DNA from: Mobula hypostoma | Lineage: Eukaryota | Length of the DNA: 64,000 nt | Reading direction: 5' to 3' | Assembly: GCF_963921235.1 (NCBI RefSeq) | Contig: NC_086097.1 | Location: 154,568,001 to 154,632,000, forward strand | In this document: positions 26,370-37,842 of the stretch, one piece after another | How the letters are laid out: each line of letters begins with the position of its first letter | How positions within the stretch are numbered: position 1 is the stretch's first letter | Notes under the pieces: generated by a model | The model's input: the letters and a program-made list of their open reading frames with translations, nothing else | What the model was told of the DNA's origin: nothing | Databases searched by the model: none | Program-made: the position numbers and the translations under genes

Positions 26370-28203
26370 AAGGAAGAATGAGTAAGGGATTTGAAAGTTG
26401 GAGGGGGAGGGGGAGATCCAAAATGATAGGAGAAGACAGGAGGGGGGGGGGATGGAGCCAAGAGCTGGACAGGTGATAGGCAAAAGGGATACGAGAGGAT
26501 CATGGGACAGGAGGTCCAGGAAGACAGACAAGGGGGGGCGGGACCCAGAGGAAGGGCAAGGGGTATATTCAGAGGGACAGAGGGAGAAAAAGGAGAGTGA
26601 GAGAAAGAATGTGTGTATAAAAATAAATAACGGGGTACGAGGGGGAGGTGGGGCATTAGCGGAAGTTAGAGAAGTCAATGATCATGCCATCAGGTTGGAG
26701 GCTACCCAGACGGAATATAAGGTGTTGTTCCTCCAACCTGAGTGTGGCTTCATCTTTACAGTAGAGGAGGCCGTGGATAGACATGTCAGAATGGGAATGG
26801 GATGTGGAATTAAAATGTGTAGCCACTGGGAGATCCTGCTTTCTCTGGCGGACAGAGCGTAGATGTTCAGCAAAGCGGTCTCCCAGTCTGTGTCGGGTCT
26901 CGCCAATATATAAAAGGCCACATCGGGAGCACCGGACGCAGTATATCACTCCAGCCGACTCACAGGTGAAGTGTTGCCTCACCTGGAAGGACTGTTTGGG
27001 GCCCTGAATGGTGGTAAGGGAGGAAGTGTAAGGGCTGTGTAGCCCTTGTTCCGCTTACACGGATTCCTCTTCTCACCCTGTCTCTTGCAAAAACGCCATC
27101 CCCTTCTTGCAATTCCTCCGTCTCCGCCGCATCTGCTCTCAGGATGAGGCTTTTCATTCTAGGACGAGGGAGGTGTCTTCCTTTTTTAAAGAAAGGGGCT
27201 TCCCTTCCTCCACTATCAACTCTGCTCTTAAACGCATCTCCCACATTTCATGTACATCTGCTCTCACTCCATCCTCCCGCCACCCCACTAGGAATAGGGT
27301 TCCCCTGGTCCTCACCCACCACCCCACCAGCCTCCGGGTCCAACATATTATTCTCCGTAACTTCCGCCACCTCCAACGGGATCCCACCACTAAGCACATC
27401 TTTCCCTCCCCCACTCTCTCTGCATTCCTCAGGGATCGCTCCCTACACAACTCCCTTGTCCATTCGTCCCCCCCATCCCTCCCCACTGATCTCCCTCCTG
27501 GCACTCATCCGTGTAAGCGGAACAAGTGCTACACATGCCCTTACACTTCCTCCCTTACCACCATTCAGGGCCCCAAACAGTCCTTCCAGGTGAGGCAACA
27601 CTTCACCTGTGAGTCGGCTGGGGTGATATACTGCGCCCGGTGCTCCCGATGTGGCCTTTTATATATTGGTGAGACCCGACGCAGACTGGGAGACCGCTTT
27701 GCTGAACATCTACGCTCTGTCCGCCAGAGAAAGCAGGATCTCCCAGTGGCCACACATTTTAATTCCACATCCCATTCCCATTCTGACATGTCTATCCACG
27801 GCCTCCTCTACTGTAAAGATGAAGCCACACTCAGGTTGGAGGCACAACACCTTATATTCCGTCTGGGTAGCCTCCAACCTGATGGCATGAACATCGACTT
27901 CTCTAGCTTCCGCTAATGCCCCACTTCCCCCTCGTACCCCATCTGTTACTTATTTTTATACACACATTCTTTCTCTCACTCTCCTTTTTCTCCCTCTGTC
28001 CCTCTGAATATACTCCTTGCCCATCCTCTGGGTCCCCCCCCGTGGTCTTTCTTCCCGGACCTCCTGTCCCATGATCCTCTCGTATCCCTTTTGCCTATCA
28101 CCTGTCCAGCTCTTGGCTCTATCCCTCCCCCTCCTGTCTTCTCCTATCATTTTGGATCTCCCCCTCCCCCTTCAACTTTCAAATCTCTTACTCACTCTTC
28201 CTT

Positions 28204-28245
28204 CAGTTAGTCCTGACGAAGGGTCTCAGCCTGAAACGTCGACTG
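28204..28245 (+). ncRNA. Minimal type I hammerhead ribozyme motif
   Basis: CTGACGA core at 28213-28219, stem II, GAAA at 28233-28236, palindromic ACGT stem III, GTC cleavage triplet ending 28240, stem I AGTC/GACT. Confidence 0.78.
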
Positions 28246-28633
28246 CACCTCTTCCTAGAGATGCTGCCTGGCCTGCTGCGTTCACCAGCAACTTTTAACT
28301 TTATCCAAATGTTCCATTTTAATTATCTCATGGAAGTTCTTTTCAAAGTTTATCTTATTGTTTGCCACATTAAGTGCTGGTGAATTAAGCGGGTTTTGTG
28401 TAGCTTTAGGAAAATAAGAATGAAATTCTTAAGGTAAGCCCGAAGGAACAGAATACTCAGTGACTTTATAATTGAGGAACTGAGTTCACTATTAAACATT
28501 TTTCCAAATATAGACTGATGAATTGATCATTCTGCTCAATTGTAGTATGTTGTCTGGGTAGATTTTCTGGCAACTTATTCCTCTTAGAACATATCATTTT
28601 ACTAATTCTTACTGATGTGTTTATTTTTATTAG

Positions 28634-28909
28634 TCTGATTTTGGTTTCAGAGGTCCAAGGCCTGATTATGAAAAACCAAGCATGATTGGTCCAGTGGGTC
28701 CTCCAGGTCCTGCTGGGCCACCAGGTTCTCCTGGTTTACAAGGTCCTTCAGGATCTGCAGGGATTGCAGGATCACATGGGTTGGATGGAAAACAGGGATT
28801 GCAGGATCACATGGGCTGGATGGAAAACAGGGATTGCAGGATCACATGGGCTGGATGGAAAACAGGGATTGCAGGATCACATGGGCTGGATGGAAAAGAT
28901 GGATCTGAT
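28634..28909 (+). CDS. COL9A1-like: First collagenous exon ([34 protein letters not shown]...GLDGKDGSD), containing a 35-bp x4 repeat
   Basis: tttttattag acceptor, gtaagt donor at 28910, 276 nt, open frame shared with ORF 28682..28963. Confidence 0.85.
28758..28897 (+). repeat. Exonic minisatellite, 35 bp x 4
   Basis: Unit cagggattgcaggatcacatggg(c/t)tggatggaaaa at 28758, 28793, 28828, 28863. Confidence 0.97.
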
Positions 28910-29926
28910 GTAAGTCTTCACAACTTATTTGTTCCGAGTGGCCAGTTGGACTGCTTCGGCTAAGAACAATGCAGCTTTGTAAGCTCTTCTAAAATTTATG
29001 CCACATATTCAGAATCAGAATTAAGTTTATTATCAGTGGCATATGTCATGAAGTAAGTTGTTTTGTGGCAGCAGTACAGTGCAATACATAAAATACTATA
29101 GGTTACAGTAAGAAATATGAAAATAGTGCACAAAGAGAACAAAATACTGAGGTAAGGTTCTTGGCGTTTGTCGACTTTCAGAAACCTGATGGCGGAGGGG
29201 AAGAAGCTGTTACTAAAACATTGATTGTGCGTCTTTTCAAAGAATGAATGTTATTCAGTAAGCTTGGTATAGATGTTTAAACTTAATTTCTCTCATAGCA
29301 AGTCAGTGTATGATTCTGAAATACCTGTCCTTGCTATAAGCTGGCTGTTAAATTGTAGATTCAGCAGTAATGACATAAAGGCCTGATCAGGTCTCCAAAA
29401 CTGGTTTAATACATTTGACTTTTGTGCATTCATTGAGAATGTAGCTTGTAATTCCTGATTCATGCACTGTCAAGGGAAATTTCATTTGGCATACCTATGA
29501 ACAAAGACTAGAAGTAGGCTGTTGAACTCCCTGGGACTGTATTCCCACTTAGCTGCATTTCTTCCCCTCAGAATAACAAAAACCTATCAGAGTCTGAAAA
29601 TCCCATTTGACCCTGAGTCCCCAAGAGGAGTAAGCTTCGAATATATATCACCTGTTACATAATACACAATATAGTATCACCTGACTACTAGATGGCCTGG
29701 TTCTAATTTTAAGATTACATGACCATTTTATGGAAGGTTTGCAGTTCTTGAGCCTGATTTACAAATTAATTAGATTGCAGCTTGTGCACTGTCTCAAGTA
29801 CATGTTGCCCTAATTTCAACCTTTTAACCTGGGTTCAAAGTTAACTCTAAAGAGAGAGAAAAAAATATGTCGGAAATGCTGTGTGCTTATTGGAAAAACT
29901 AAGTATGTTCAATTTTCATTTTAAAG

Positions 29927-29962
29927 GGAGGAACGGGCCCTCCTGGTCAGCCAGGTCTTCCG
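29927..29962 (+). CDS. COL9A1-like: 36-nt Gly-X-Y exon (GGTGPPGQPGLP)
   Basis: ttttaaag acceptor, gtaagt donor. Confidence 0.92.
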
Positions 29963-32669
29963 GTAAGTACTGATTGTTTTCTAGAGTCATCTGGTTAGTT
30001 GGGAATGTGTAGAGTCTTCTCTAAATAACAGGAGTGAAAACAGTGAAGCCAGATAAATTCTGCAGCACACTAGGGGATGTCAGGAAGTGGTGGTGTTTAC
30101 TACCCTCCCTGCTGCAAGGTTTTTCCTCTAAAACTTAAAATGAATTCCAGCAATCTCGGCGTATATTATAATTCTCCTTGCCAATGTCATGTGGCCAATA
30201 AGGTTTTGGGAGTGAATTCAACAGAATTCTGATTTATTTGTCTGAAAATCTGGGTCCATTAACCTTATAGATTTGCGTTTCAACAGGAAATAGATAACTG
30301 CAAGATGTAAAAGACCGAGGTCCAGCTAAATTAGTTTCTGCCATCCTGTTGGTCACACGATACACAATGGAATTATAGATTAGTGTGAAGAGTAAATCCC
30401 CATCAATTAAATACAGAAAGTGCAGGAAGCTATCTGTAAAACAGGTTACCATTTCAGATAAGCAAGTTTGCATCATCTGAAACATTCAGTTTGTTCTCTA
30501 TCCAGAGAAGTTGCCTGATCTGCAGCAGATTTTCATTGTTTTTTGTCTTTATTGTTTATTCTTCTCTTGTAAATTTCTTTCAATTTGTCTGCAGCTGATT
30601 TAGTTGTGGGGAATGGTTTGGAAACTTCCTGAGTGCTTATATGCACCCCAAGCATGGATGTTTATGGAGCATTGGTAGACTTGAGATTGTTATGATGCAG
30701 TTTGTAGACCATATAACCATATAACGATTACAGCACGGAAATAGGTCATCTCGGTCCTTCTAGTCCGTGCTGAACTAATGCCTCAGCTCCTGTGTTTGGG
30801 TTTGTTTCCTCTGGGTGCTCCTCTTTCATCCCATGTACGGGTTGGTCAATTACATGGTCTCTCGAGGTTGACCTAAATATATGCAGATGAGTGGTTCAGT
30901 GTGAGGGAGGAAAGAAGAATAGGATGAGTTAGGGTAGGATTTGTATAAAGATGATATTCTTGTCTCATAAGATGTCTGAGCCCAAGAAATTTTAACAATT
31001 CAAGGTATTTTTGTTTAGCTTTGAGGAAAATTTCTCATTATGTGCTTATCCTCAAGCTTTATAAAGTTCAAACCACAAGACTCATGCTACCTCCAGTATG
31101 CCTGGTTAAAGTCAATTCATGACATCTTTAAAAAAAGAGATTATTTGTTAAATACTGTGAGCTGTTGGTAGTTGTGATTAATTTGTTTGTATGTACTCTG
31201 TTTTAAATTAAATTCTGCTATACAATAATAATTAATTTACACTGAAAGCAAGTTCATAAGCATACTGTTATCCTTTATAATTGAGGCAATTTCTGAAGCA
31301 ATGTGTTGAAATACCTTGCATTCTATTTTGGCTTCTTACCAAAGATAGTGCATTGGGTATGGATGTTGAAAAGAGGTAAAACTAATACATTAAATTATAC
31401 ATAGAAATTAAATAAAACCAACTTTTTCAGAAATTTTGATGCCCAATGTCAGTTCTTTCTTTTCAATATGACATAATGCAAAATGGGAATAAATTAGGGG
31501 TAGCTATTTTTGTTGATCTCTCTCATTATTCACAATAAAAATAACCATCTTTGTAAAACAATTGCCATGTTGTTTTCTTTTTTTAAAATTCATTTTGGGA
31601 CCTGGGAATTGCTGGGAGGGCTAGTATGTGCCTAACTTCCCTTAAGAAGCCTGCTTTTATTTTTAACTGGCATAGTCCATCTGGTGGTTTTGCTTCCCCC
31701 AAGGTATTGGGATGGAAGTTCCAGGATTTAGATCCAGTGACAATGAAATATTGGCAATATATTTCCCAGTCACAATATTGTGTGACTTGAAGAACCTTGA
31801 GGTATTCGCATGCCCTTATCCTTGGTTGTAAGGATTGTGGGTTTTGTGAGGAACTGTCCAAGTCTAGTAACTGCAGTGTATTTTATAGATGATACACACT
31901 GCAGCAACTGTGGGTCGCTGATGGAAGTCATAAATGCTCAGAGATGATGGAATACTAGTCAGGCAGACTGCTTCATCCTGGATCTTAAGAGTTGCTGGCA
32001 TTGTACCTATCCAGGCAAATGAGTTTATGGACTGTGGATTTATTTCAGACTTGTGGTTTTTATATTCTGTGTTTATCGCTCGTAGCTTTCTGTTTTATTG
32101 TGCAAGAGGAGGGGGTTGGGGGTCAATGTTCTTGTTCCATTTTGTTCTGGGGGAGGGGGTGTGGGGGGAGTTGATGATTGGGATGCCATTCTTTTTTGTG
32201 CAGGGAGGGTGGGTCTGAATGACTTTCATGTTCTTTCTTTGTTTCCTGGCTATCTGGAGAAGATGAACCTCAGCGTTGTATTTAGATACATACTTTGATA
32301 ATAATAAATGAACCTTTGAAATGGAGAGTATCTTATACTTCTAATTTGTTCCTTCTATGATTGGTCATCCTTACAGTAAGTGCAAGTCACGATTACAAAT
32401 AGAATTCCATAACAAGGAATTGTCCAAATGGAAAATTTGTGAAAGATAGTAGATGATCCTATTGTAGTTGACAAAGCAATACTTCTTAAACAGTCCTCAA
32501 ATCTTAGCTTTCCTCTTACATTTACTTGTATTTCTTGAAATTAATCTTAGTTTTGAGGGAGTGCTGATATCCATGTTACCAGTGAAACACACAGCCTGTG
32601 GATATTCACATTGAAATTCATTTAATTGTGATAGCCTATGTAAGAAATGTGCCAATTTATTCCATTCAG

Positions 32670-32741
32670 GGTTAGAAAGGGGAGCGTGGTAATCCTGGGC
32701 TCACAGGACCACCCGGAAAAGCTGGCTTTCCAGGGATTAAT
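32670..32741 (+). CDS. COL9A1-like: 72-nt Gly-X-Y exon with in-frame stop (G*KGERGNPGLTGPPGKAGFPGIN)
   Basis: ccattcag acceptor, gtaagt donor; second codon is TAG (32673-32675). Confidence 0.85.
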
Positions 32742-33439
32742 GTAAGTATTATAAACTGTTATCAGATTCCTCTGTATTATGAGATTTACACAACTAATTT
32801 CTGGATTTCTGTCATTGGGTATTTCGATTTAATTCACTTCACTATTACATTTTCTGTGTGTCATTTGGAAGTCTGTGTAAGACGCCCATTATTTTTACTT
32901 TGACAATTCCACCTAGAATCTTTTTTTTCATTGAGAATCTCCATTTCATCATTCCCTCTGATTCGAAATAGTCCCGGTACCTTTTCAAGTGCTAGTTGCA
33001 TAGTGTGATGATATTCTGCTTTTTAAATAAAATACACGAGGAACATGCACTTTGCAGGCTGAGCCAGAGTTTAATTGCCAAATCGTAGCTGCTCTGGAAA
33101 AGGTGGGGGTGAGCTGCCTTCATGAACCGCTGCAGCCCTTGAGAAGCTTGCATAAAAACAATACTGCGAGGGAGGGAGTTCCAGGGTCTTGTCCCAGCAA
33201 CAGTGAAGGTACGGCCATGTATTTCAGACTGGTGTGTGGCTTGGAGGACAACTTCCAGATGGTGATGGTCTCGTGCTTTTGTGATTCCCGTTTTATTAGC
33301 TAGTAGAGTTTGTTGGTTCAGATAATGCTGTCTAATAAGTCATATATAATATGCATATGTATATATATGATATGTATGGTGCATATGTATATTTATGTAT
33401 ATATGTAAAAAATAAAATAAGCAGTACAAAAATAAAAAA

Positions 33440-35410
33440 GATAAAGTTCATGGGTTCGATATCCATTCAGAAAATGTACGGAAGCGAGGAAGAAGCTTTC
33501 CTGAGTCACTGAGTTTGTGTTTACTGTCTCCTGTACCTCCTTCCTGGTGTTAGCAATAAAAAGAGGGCATGTCCTTGGGAGATGAGGTCCTCAATGATGG
33601 ATGCTGGCTTTTTGAGGCTTCGCTCCTTGAAAGTTTCCTGGGTACTGTGGAGGCTAGTGCGCACGATGGAGCTGACTAAGTTTACAGCTCTCTGCAGCTT
33701 ATTTTGATCCTATGCAGATGTCACCACCCCCACCCCCCAATACCAAACGGTGGTGCAGCCAGTTAGAATGCTCTCCATGGTACATTTGTAGAAACTTGCG
33801 AGTGACCTTGGTGACATACCAAATCTACTCAAACTTCTGATGAAACGTAGCCACTGTCATGTCATCTTTGTAGCTGCATTGATATGTTGGGGCCAGGATA
33901 GATCCTCAGAGATCTTGACATCCAGAAACTCGAAATTGCTCACCCTTTCGTCTTCTGATCCCTCCACGAGGACTGGTGTGTGTTCCCTCGTCTTAACCTT
34001 TCTGAAGTCCACAATCAGTTTTTTGGTCTTACTGACATTAAGGGCAAGGTTGTTGCTGCGGCAGCACTCTGCTAGCCGATATATCTTAATTCTCTATGCC
34101 GCTCGTCACCATCTGAAATTCTGCCAACAATAGTTGTGTCATCAGCAAATTTATAGATGGCAGTTAAGCTGTGGCTAGCCACCAGTGGTGTAGGGCTAGC
34201 CAGAGTGCACCGAAGCACGTCCAGCACATCTTTAGGAAAAAAGCTGAAATAAACAAGCTAATTAATTAGGTGCCGCCCAGGGTGATTCGAGTATCTCAGA
34301 AACTGCTGATCTCCTGGGATTTTTCCGCACAACAGACTCTGGAGTTTACAAAGAATGGTGCCAAAAACAAAATAACATCCAGCGAGTGGCTGTTCTGTGA
34401 GCGAAAACATCCTGTTAAATCCACTCACTGGATTTTTTTTTGTTTTTGGCACCATTCTTTGTAAACTCCAAAGTCTGTTGTGTGTAAAAATCCCAGGAGA
34501 TCAGCAGTTTCTGAGATACTCAAATCACCCTGGGCGGCACCTAATTAATTAGCTTGTTTATTTCGGCTTTTTTTCTTAAAGATGTGCTGGACGCACTCCA
34601 GCTAGCACTGCACCACTGCTAGCCATGCAGTCATGGCTGCAGAGAGAGTAGAGCATTGGACTAAGCACACATTGCTACAGTGTGCTAGTATTGATTGTCA
34701 GTGAGGTGGAGATGCTACTTCTAGCCTGCACAGAATGTGGTCTTCCGGTTAGGAAGTCGAGGATACAGTTGCTGAGGGAGATACAGTGGGCCAGGTTTTG
34801 GAGCTTTTCGATCAAATGTTGGAATTATTGCGTTACACGGTAAGCTGCAGTCAATAAGCAGCATCCTGACATAGGTGTTTGTATTGTCCAGGTGTTCCAG
34901 GGCCAGGTGATGATCCAGTGCAATGGCATCTGCCATGTACCTATTGTGGTGATCGGCAAATTGCAGTGAGTCCAGGTCCTTGCTGAAATGGGAGTTAACT
35001 CTAGCTATAACCAACCTCTCAAAGCACTTCATCACCATAGGTGTGGGTGCTCCTGGATGATAGTTGTTAAGGCAGCTCACTGTGCTCTTCTCGGACACTG
35101 ATAAAATTGTTGCCTTTTTGAAGCAGGTGGGAACTTCTGACTGTAAGAATGAGAAATTGAAAACAGAGTAAAAAGAAAAAAGAGCAGTGAGCTAAGCACA
35201 CATCCTTGAGGTGCGCCGGAGATGACAGAAAAGTGATGTTATTACTGATCCTCGGCAATTTAGGTCTCCCAATAGGATGTTGACAATCTGGTTGCAGATG
35301 GAGGTACAGAAGCCTAGTTTTGAAGCTTGGTAATTAGATTTAAGGGAATAATGGTGTTGAATGCAGAGCTGTAATCGATTTTAAAAAGGAGCCTGACATA
35401 TGTCTTCCTG
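33440..35410 (-). mobile_element. Decayed Rex1/L2-like LINE (RT region) hosting a MITE
   Basis: ORF 34721..35098 (VMKCFERLV...YVRMLLID) is homologous to ORF 39593..40999. Confidence 0.8.
34183..34618. mobile_element. hAT-like palindromic MITE carrying inverted Tc1 transposase fragments
   Basis: CAGTGGTG...CACCACTG termini; 8-bp TSD ctagccac/ctagccat; about 200-bp inverted arms; from 34290 translates SISETADLLGFFRTTDSGVYKEWCQKQ (Tc1 HTH-like). Confidence 0.8.
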
Positions 35411-35806
35411 TTTTCTTGGTTGTCTGGCTCTTGGAAGTTAGGAGATGAATTGCTCACTGAAGGATTCCTATCCTCTGACTTGCTCTTTTAGCCACATTGT
35501 TACTTGGCTTCTCCAAACAGTTACTGGTCAATGGTAACACCTAGAATATTGGTATTGGGATTCAGTGATGAGGATGTTATTGAATATCATGGTGTAATAG
35601 CTGAATTATCTCTTGTTAGATATCGTCATTACCCATTGTTTGTGTGGCACAAATGTTACTTCTCACCTAAAATCCTAGGCCTGGGTATTGTCCATGTCTT
35701 GCTGCATTGGGATATGGACTCAATATTAGGGGAGTCATGAATGATGCTGAACACAAGTATCCTTATGTGTGATCTTGTGATTGAAGGAAGATCATTGAGA
35801 AAGTGT

Positions 35807-35935
35807 CAGAGAATGGCTGGGCCTAGACCAGCCATGAGGAACTCCTGCAGAGAATGGCTGGGCTTAGAACGGCCATGAGGAACTCCTGCAGAGAATGGCT
35901 GGACTTAGACTGGCCATGAGGAACTCCTGCAGAGA
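35807..35935. repeat. 41-bp tandem repeat, about 3 copies
   Basis: cagagaatggctgg.c.taga...gccatgaggaactcctg at 35807, 35848, 35889. Confidence 0.92.
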
Positions 35936-36792
35936 CGTTCTGTGGCTGTATAGTTCCAAACACAAGTGGATTTTCCTCCTGATTTACATTGACTTCAGTT
36001 TAGACATGGCTCCTTAATACAATAATCAATCAAATATTGTCTTGATGCCAGGGACAATTACTTTCATTTCATCTTTGGAATTCAGCTCTTGTGTTTCCAT
36101 GTTTCCATAATGAGGTCAGTAGTTCCCTCTTTCTTCAGTGTTCATTCTAGGAAAATAGCATTCCTATCTTTGGGTCTGTGGGCTCATCTCAGAAGCAGTT
36201 AAAAGTTTTTCTTCTCATAGTCAAAGCTTTTCTGATCTTTCATTGACAGCTTTAATCTCTTCTCAAGTATTTTGTCATCTCTGGCTTAATTATTTTATTT
36301 TATATTCACCCAAACTTTTTTCACATGATCTTTCTGAATTACGAAGGCTCAAACATCCTCCACACGAAAATGAAAACTCACAATATTACTTTAATCTGTA
36401 CTTTCTTGAGACATTAAACTGATGCTTCTCTTGTGTTCTCTTACAAATGAAATGCTTTTAAACAGAATTTTTCTTTGCTTTGAGGGCCCTGGACTTTACC
36501 TTGAATTCCTAATAAAGAGGACAAAGCACAGCTGACAATATACATCAGCTCCATCTCAAAAAGGGACAAAAGCTCACTAATACGATGACATTATTTGGTG
36601 GAAAATTGGGATATTAATGAATTAATTTGTATTTACATAGTTTAACTACTCACTATGCTCTTACTGAAGAAACTGCCTTGTATTGTACCATGGATTTTTT
36701 ATCCCTGAGTTCAGTAAATACATGGAAATTACATTTTCAGGGAGCATTAAATTCTATTTTTTTTAAACATTGCTGGTTTTTTTTCCCACTAG

Positions 36793-36837
36793 GAACGGCC
36801 TGGTCCGATTGGGCCAATGGGACCAGAAGGCCGAGTG
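36793..36837 (+). CDS. COL9A1-like: 45-nt Gly-X-Y exon (ERPGPIGPMGPEGRV; first Gly replaced by Glu)
   Basis: ttttcccactag acceptor, gtaagt donor; GAA where GGA is expected. Confidence 0.88.
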
Positions 36838-37842
36838 GTAAGTGACAAAAATGACTGTGATCAAAACGTATGAAAGGTGCTTTTATTTTTGTTGCTGTTT
36901 CAAATTCAAAGTTGTTATACACACTCAAGGTGTTTTTTCTAACATAGACTTGAGGTTGCACACAGCTTATGTGTGAAATAAATAAAGGGAATGCTTTTGA
37001 TAATTTGTGCTTGTAAGTAGTGAAATATCACTGTTCAGTGAATAACAAGCTACGCCTGGGCTGAAGATTGGGAAAGCCAGTAGTCAGGAACGTGCGCTGC
37101 TTTATGACCAGAACTAGGGTTGTGAGTGCATGAATGTTTCAACATATCCAAACAAGCAGAAGCTAATGGGGAATTTGTTATATCTATAGAAGTGTTGTCT
37201 GTTTTATGTCATAGTAGTTTTAGCATTATTGGGAGTGGCCTTGGTGGCATTTCCATTTTTTGTTGTCCATGGGAAGTCATGCCCTCGTTCCTGTTTCCTG
37301 TTCTTTATGAATAGTGAAAGCACCAGCTAAAAGTGGGTTATACTCTTTCTGAAATTTATGTCCATTATAGAGCTGAAGTGGATGAGAGCCTGAGTAAAGT
37401 GCGTTGCTCCAACTATAAAAACTGACTGGAGATAAATCTACTCAACTCAAATATAGACATCAAAATTGCAATATTTGCTTGTCAGCTGGCTCCTTCGTTC
37501 TTAAACTTTATACAACATTTCACAATGAAAGTCACCAGCAAAACCAAGGACATATAAGATGGCTCTGAAGAAATATAATTTTTTATTGGGTATTTTTTTT
37601 ACTTACACCAATGACTCGGGAGGTAGTAAATGGAAAATTGCAATGTTGATAAAAGGATACAATTGAATAATTAAGGGCCATGTATAAATGAATAAAGAGG
37701 ATCCTGGAGTCACTTATTTTGAAAACTTCCATTTATTGATTGATGTTGTTATATTATCTGTCTCATTTAGATACCAACAGATTGAAAATACTATGTAGAA
37801 TAGTGCGATGTTTGTTTCAGAAAAGGGTAACAAAGTGAAAGG

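Larger units (their letters stand above)
26234..28299. mobile_element. Penelope-like retroelement, 5'-truncated with large inversion; GIY-YIG endonuclease
   Basis: ORF 27107..27916 (+) has GVIYCARCSRCGLLYIGET.R.L.DRF.EH; inverted copy in ORF 26656..26982 (-); flanking direct repeat tttatccaaa at 26224-26233 and 28300-28309. Confidence 0.92.

Noticed and set aside
26262..26862. Low-complexity ORFs of 97-154 aa
   Set aside because: Purine/pyrimidine-biased Penelope UTR and antisense frames.
28758..28897. 35-bp repeats as a CRISPR array
   Set aside because: Units are head-to-tail with no spacers, lie in a eukaryotic collagen exon, and no cas genes are present.
28651..28909. Alternative acceptor ttggtttcag at 28650
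   Set aside because: Out of phase with the preceding phase-0 exons; the acceptor at 28633 keeps the frame.
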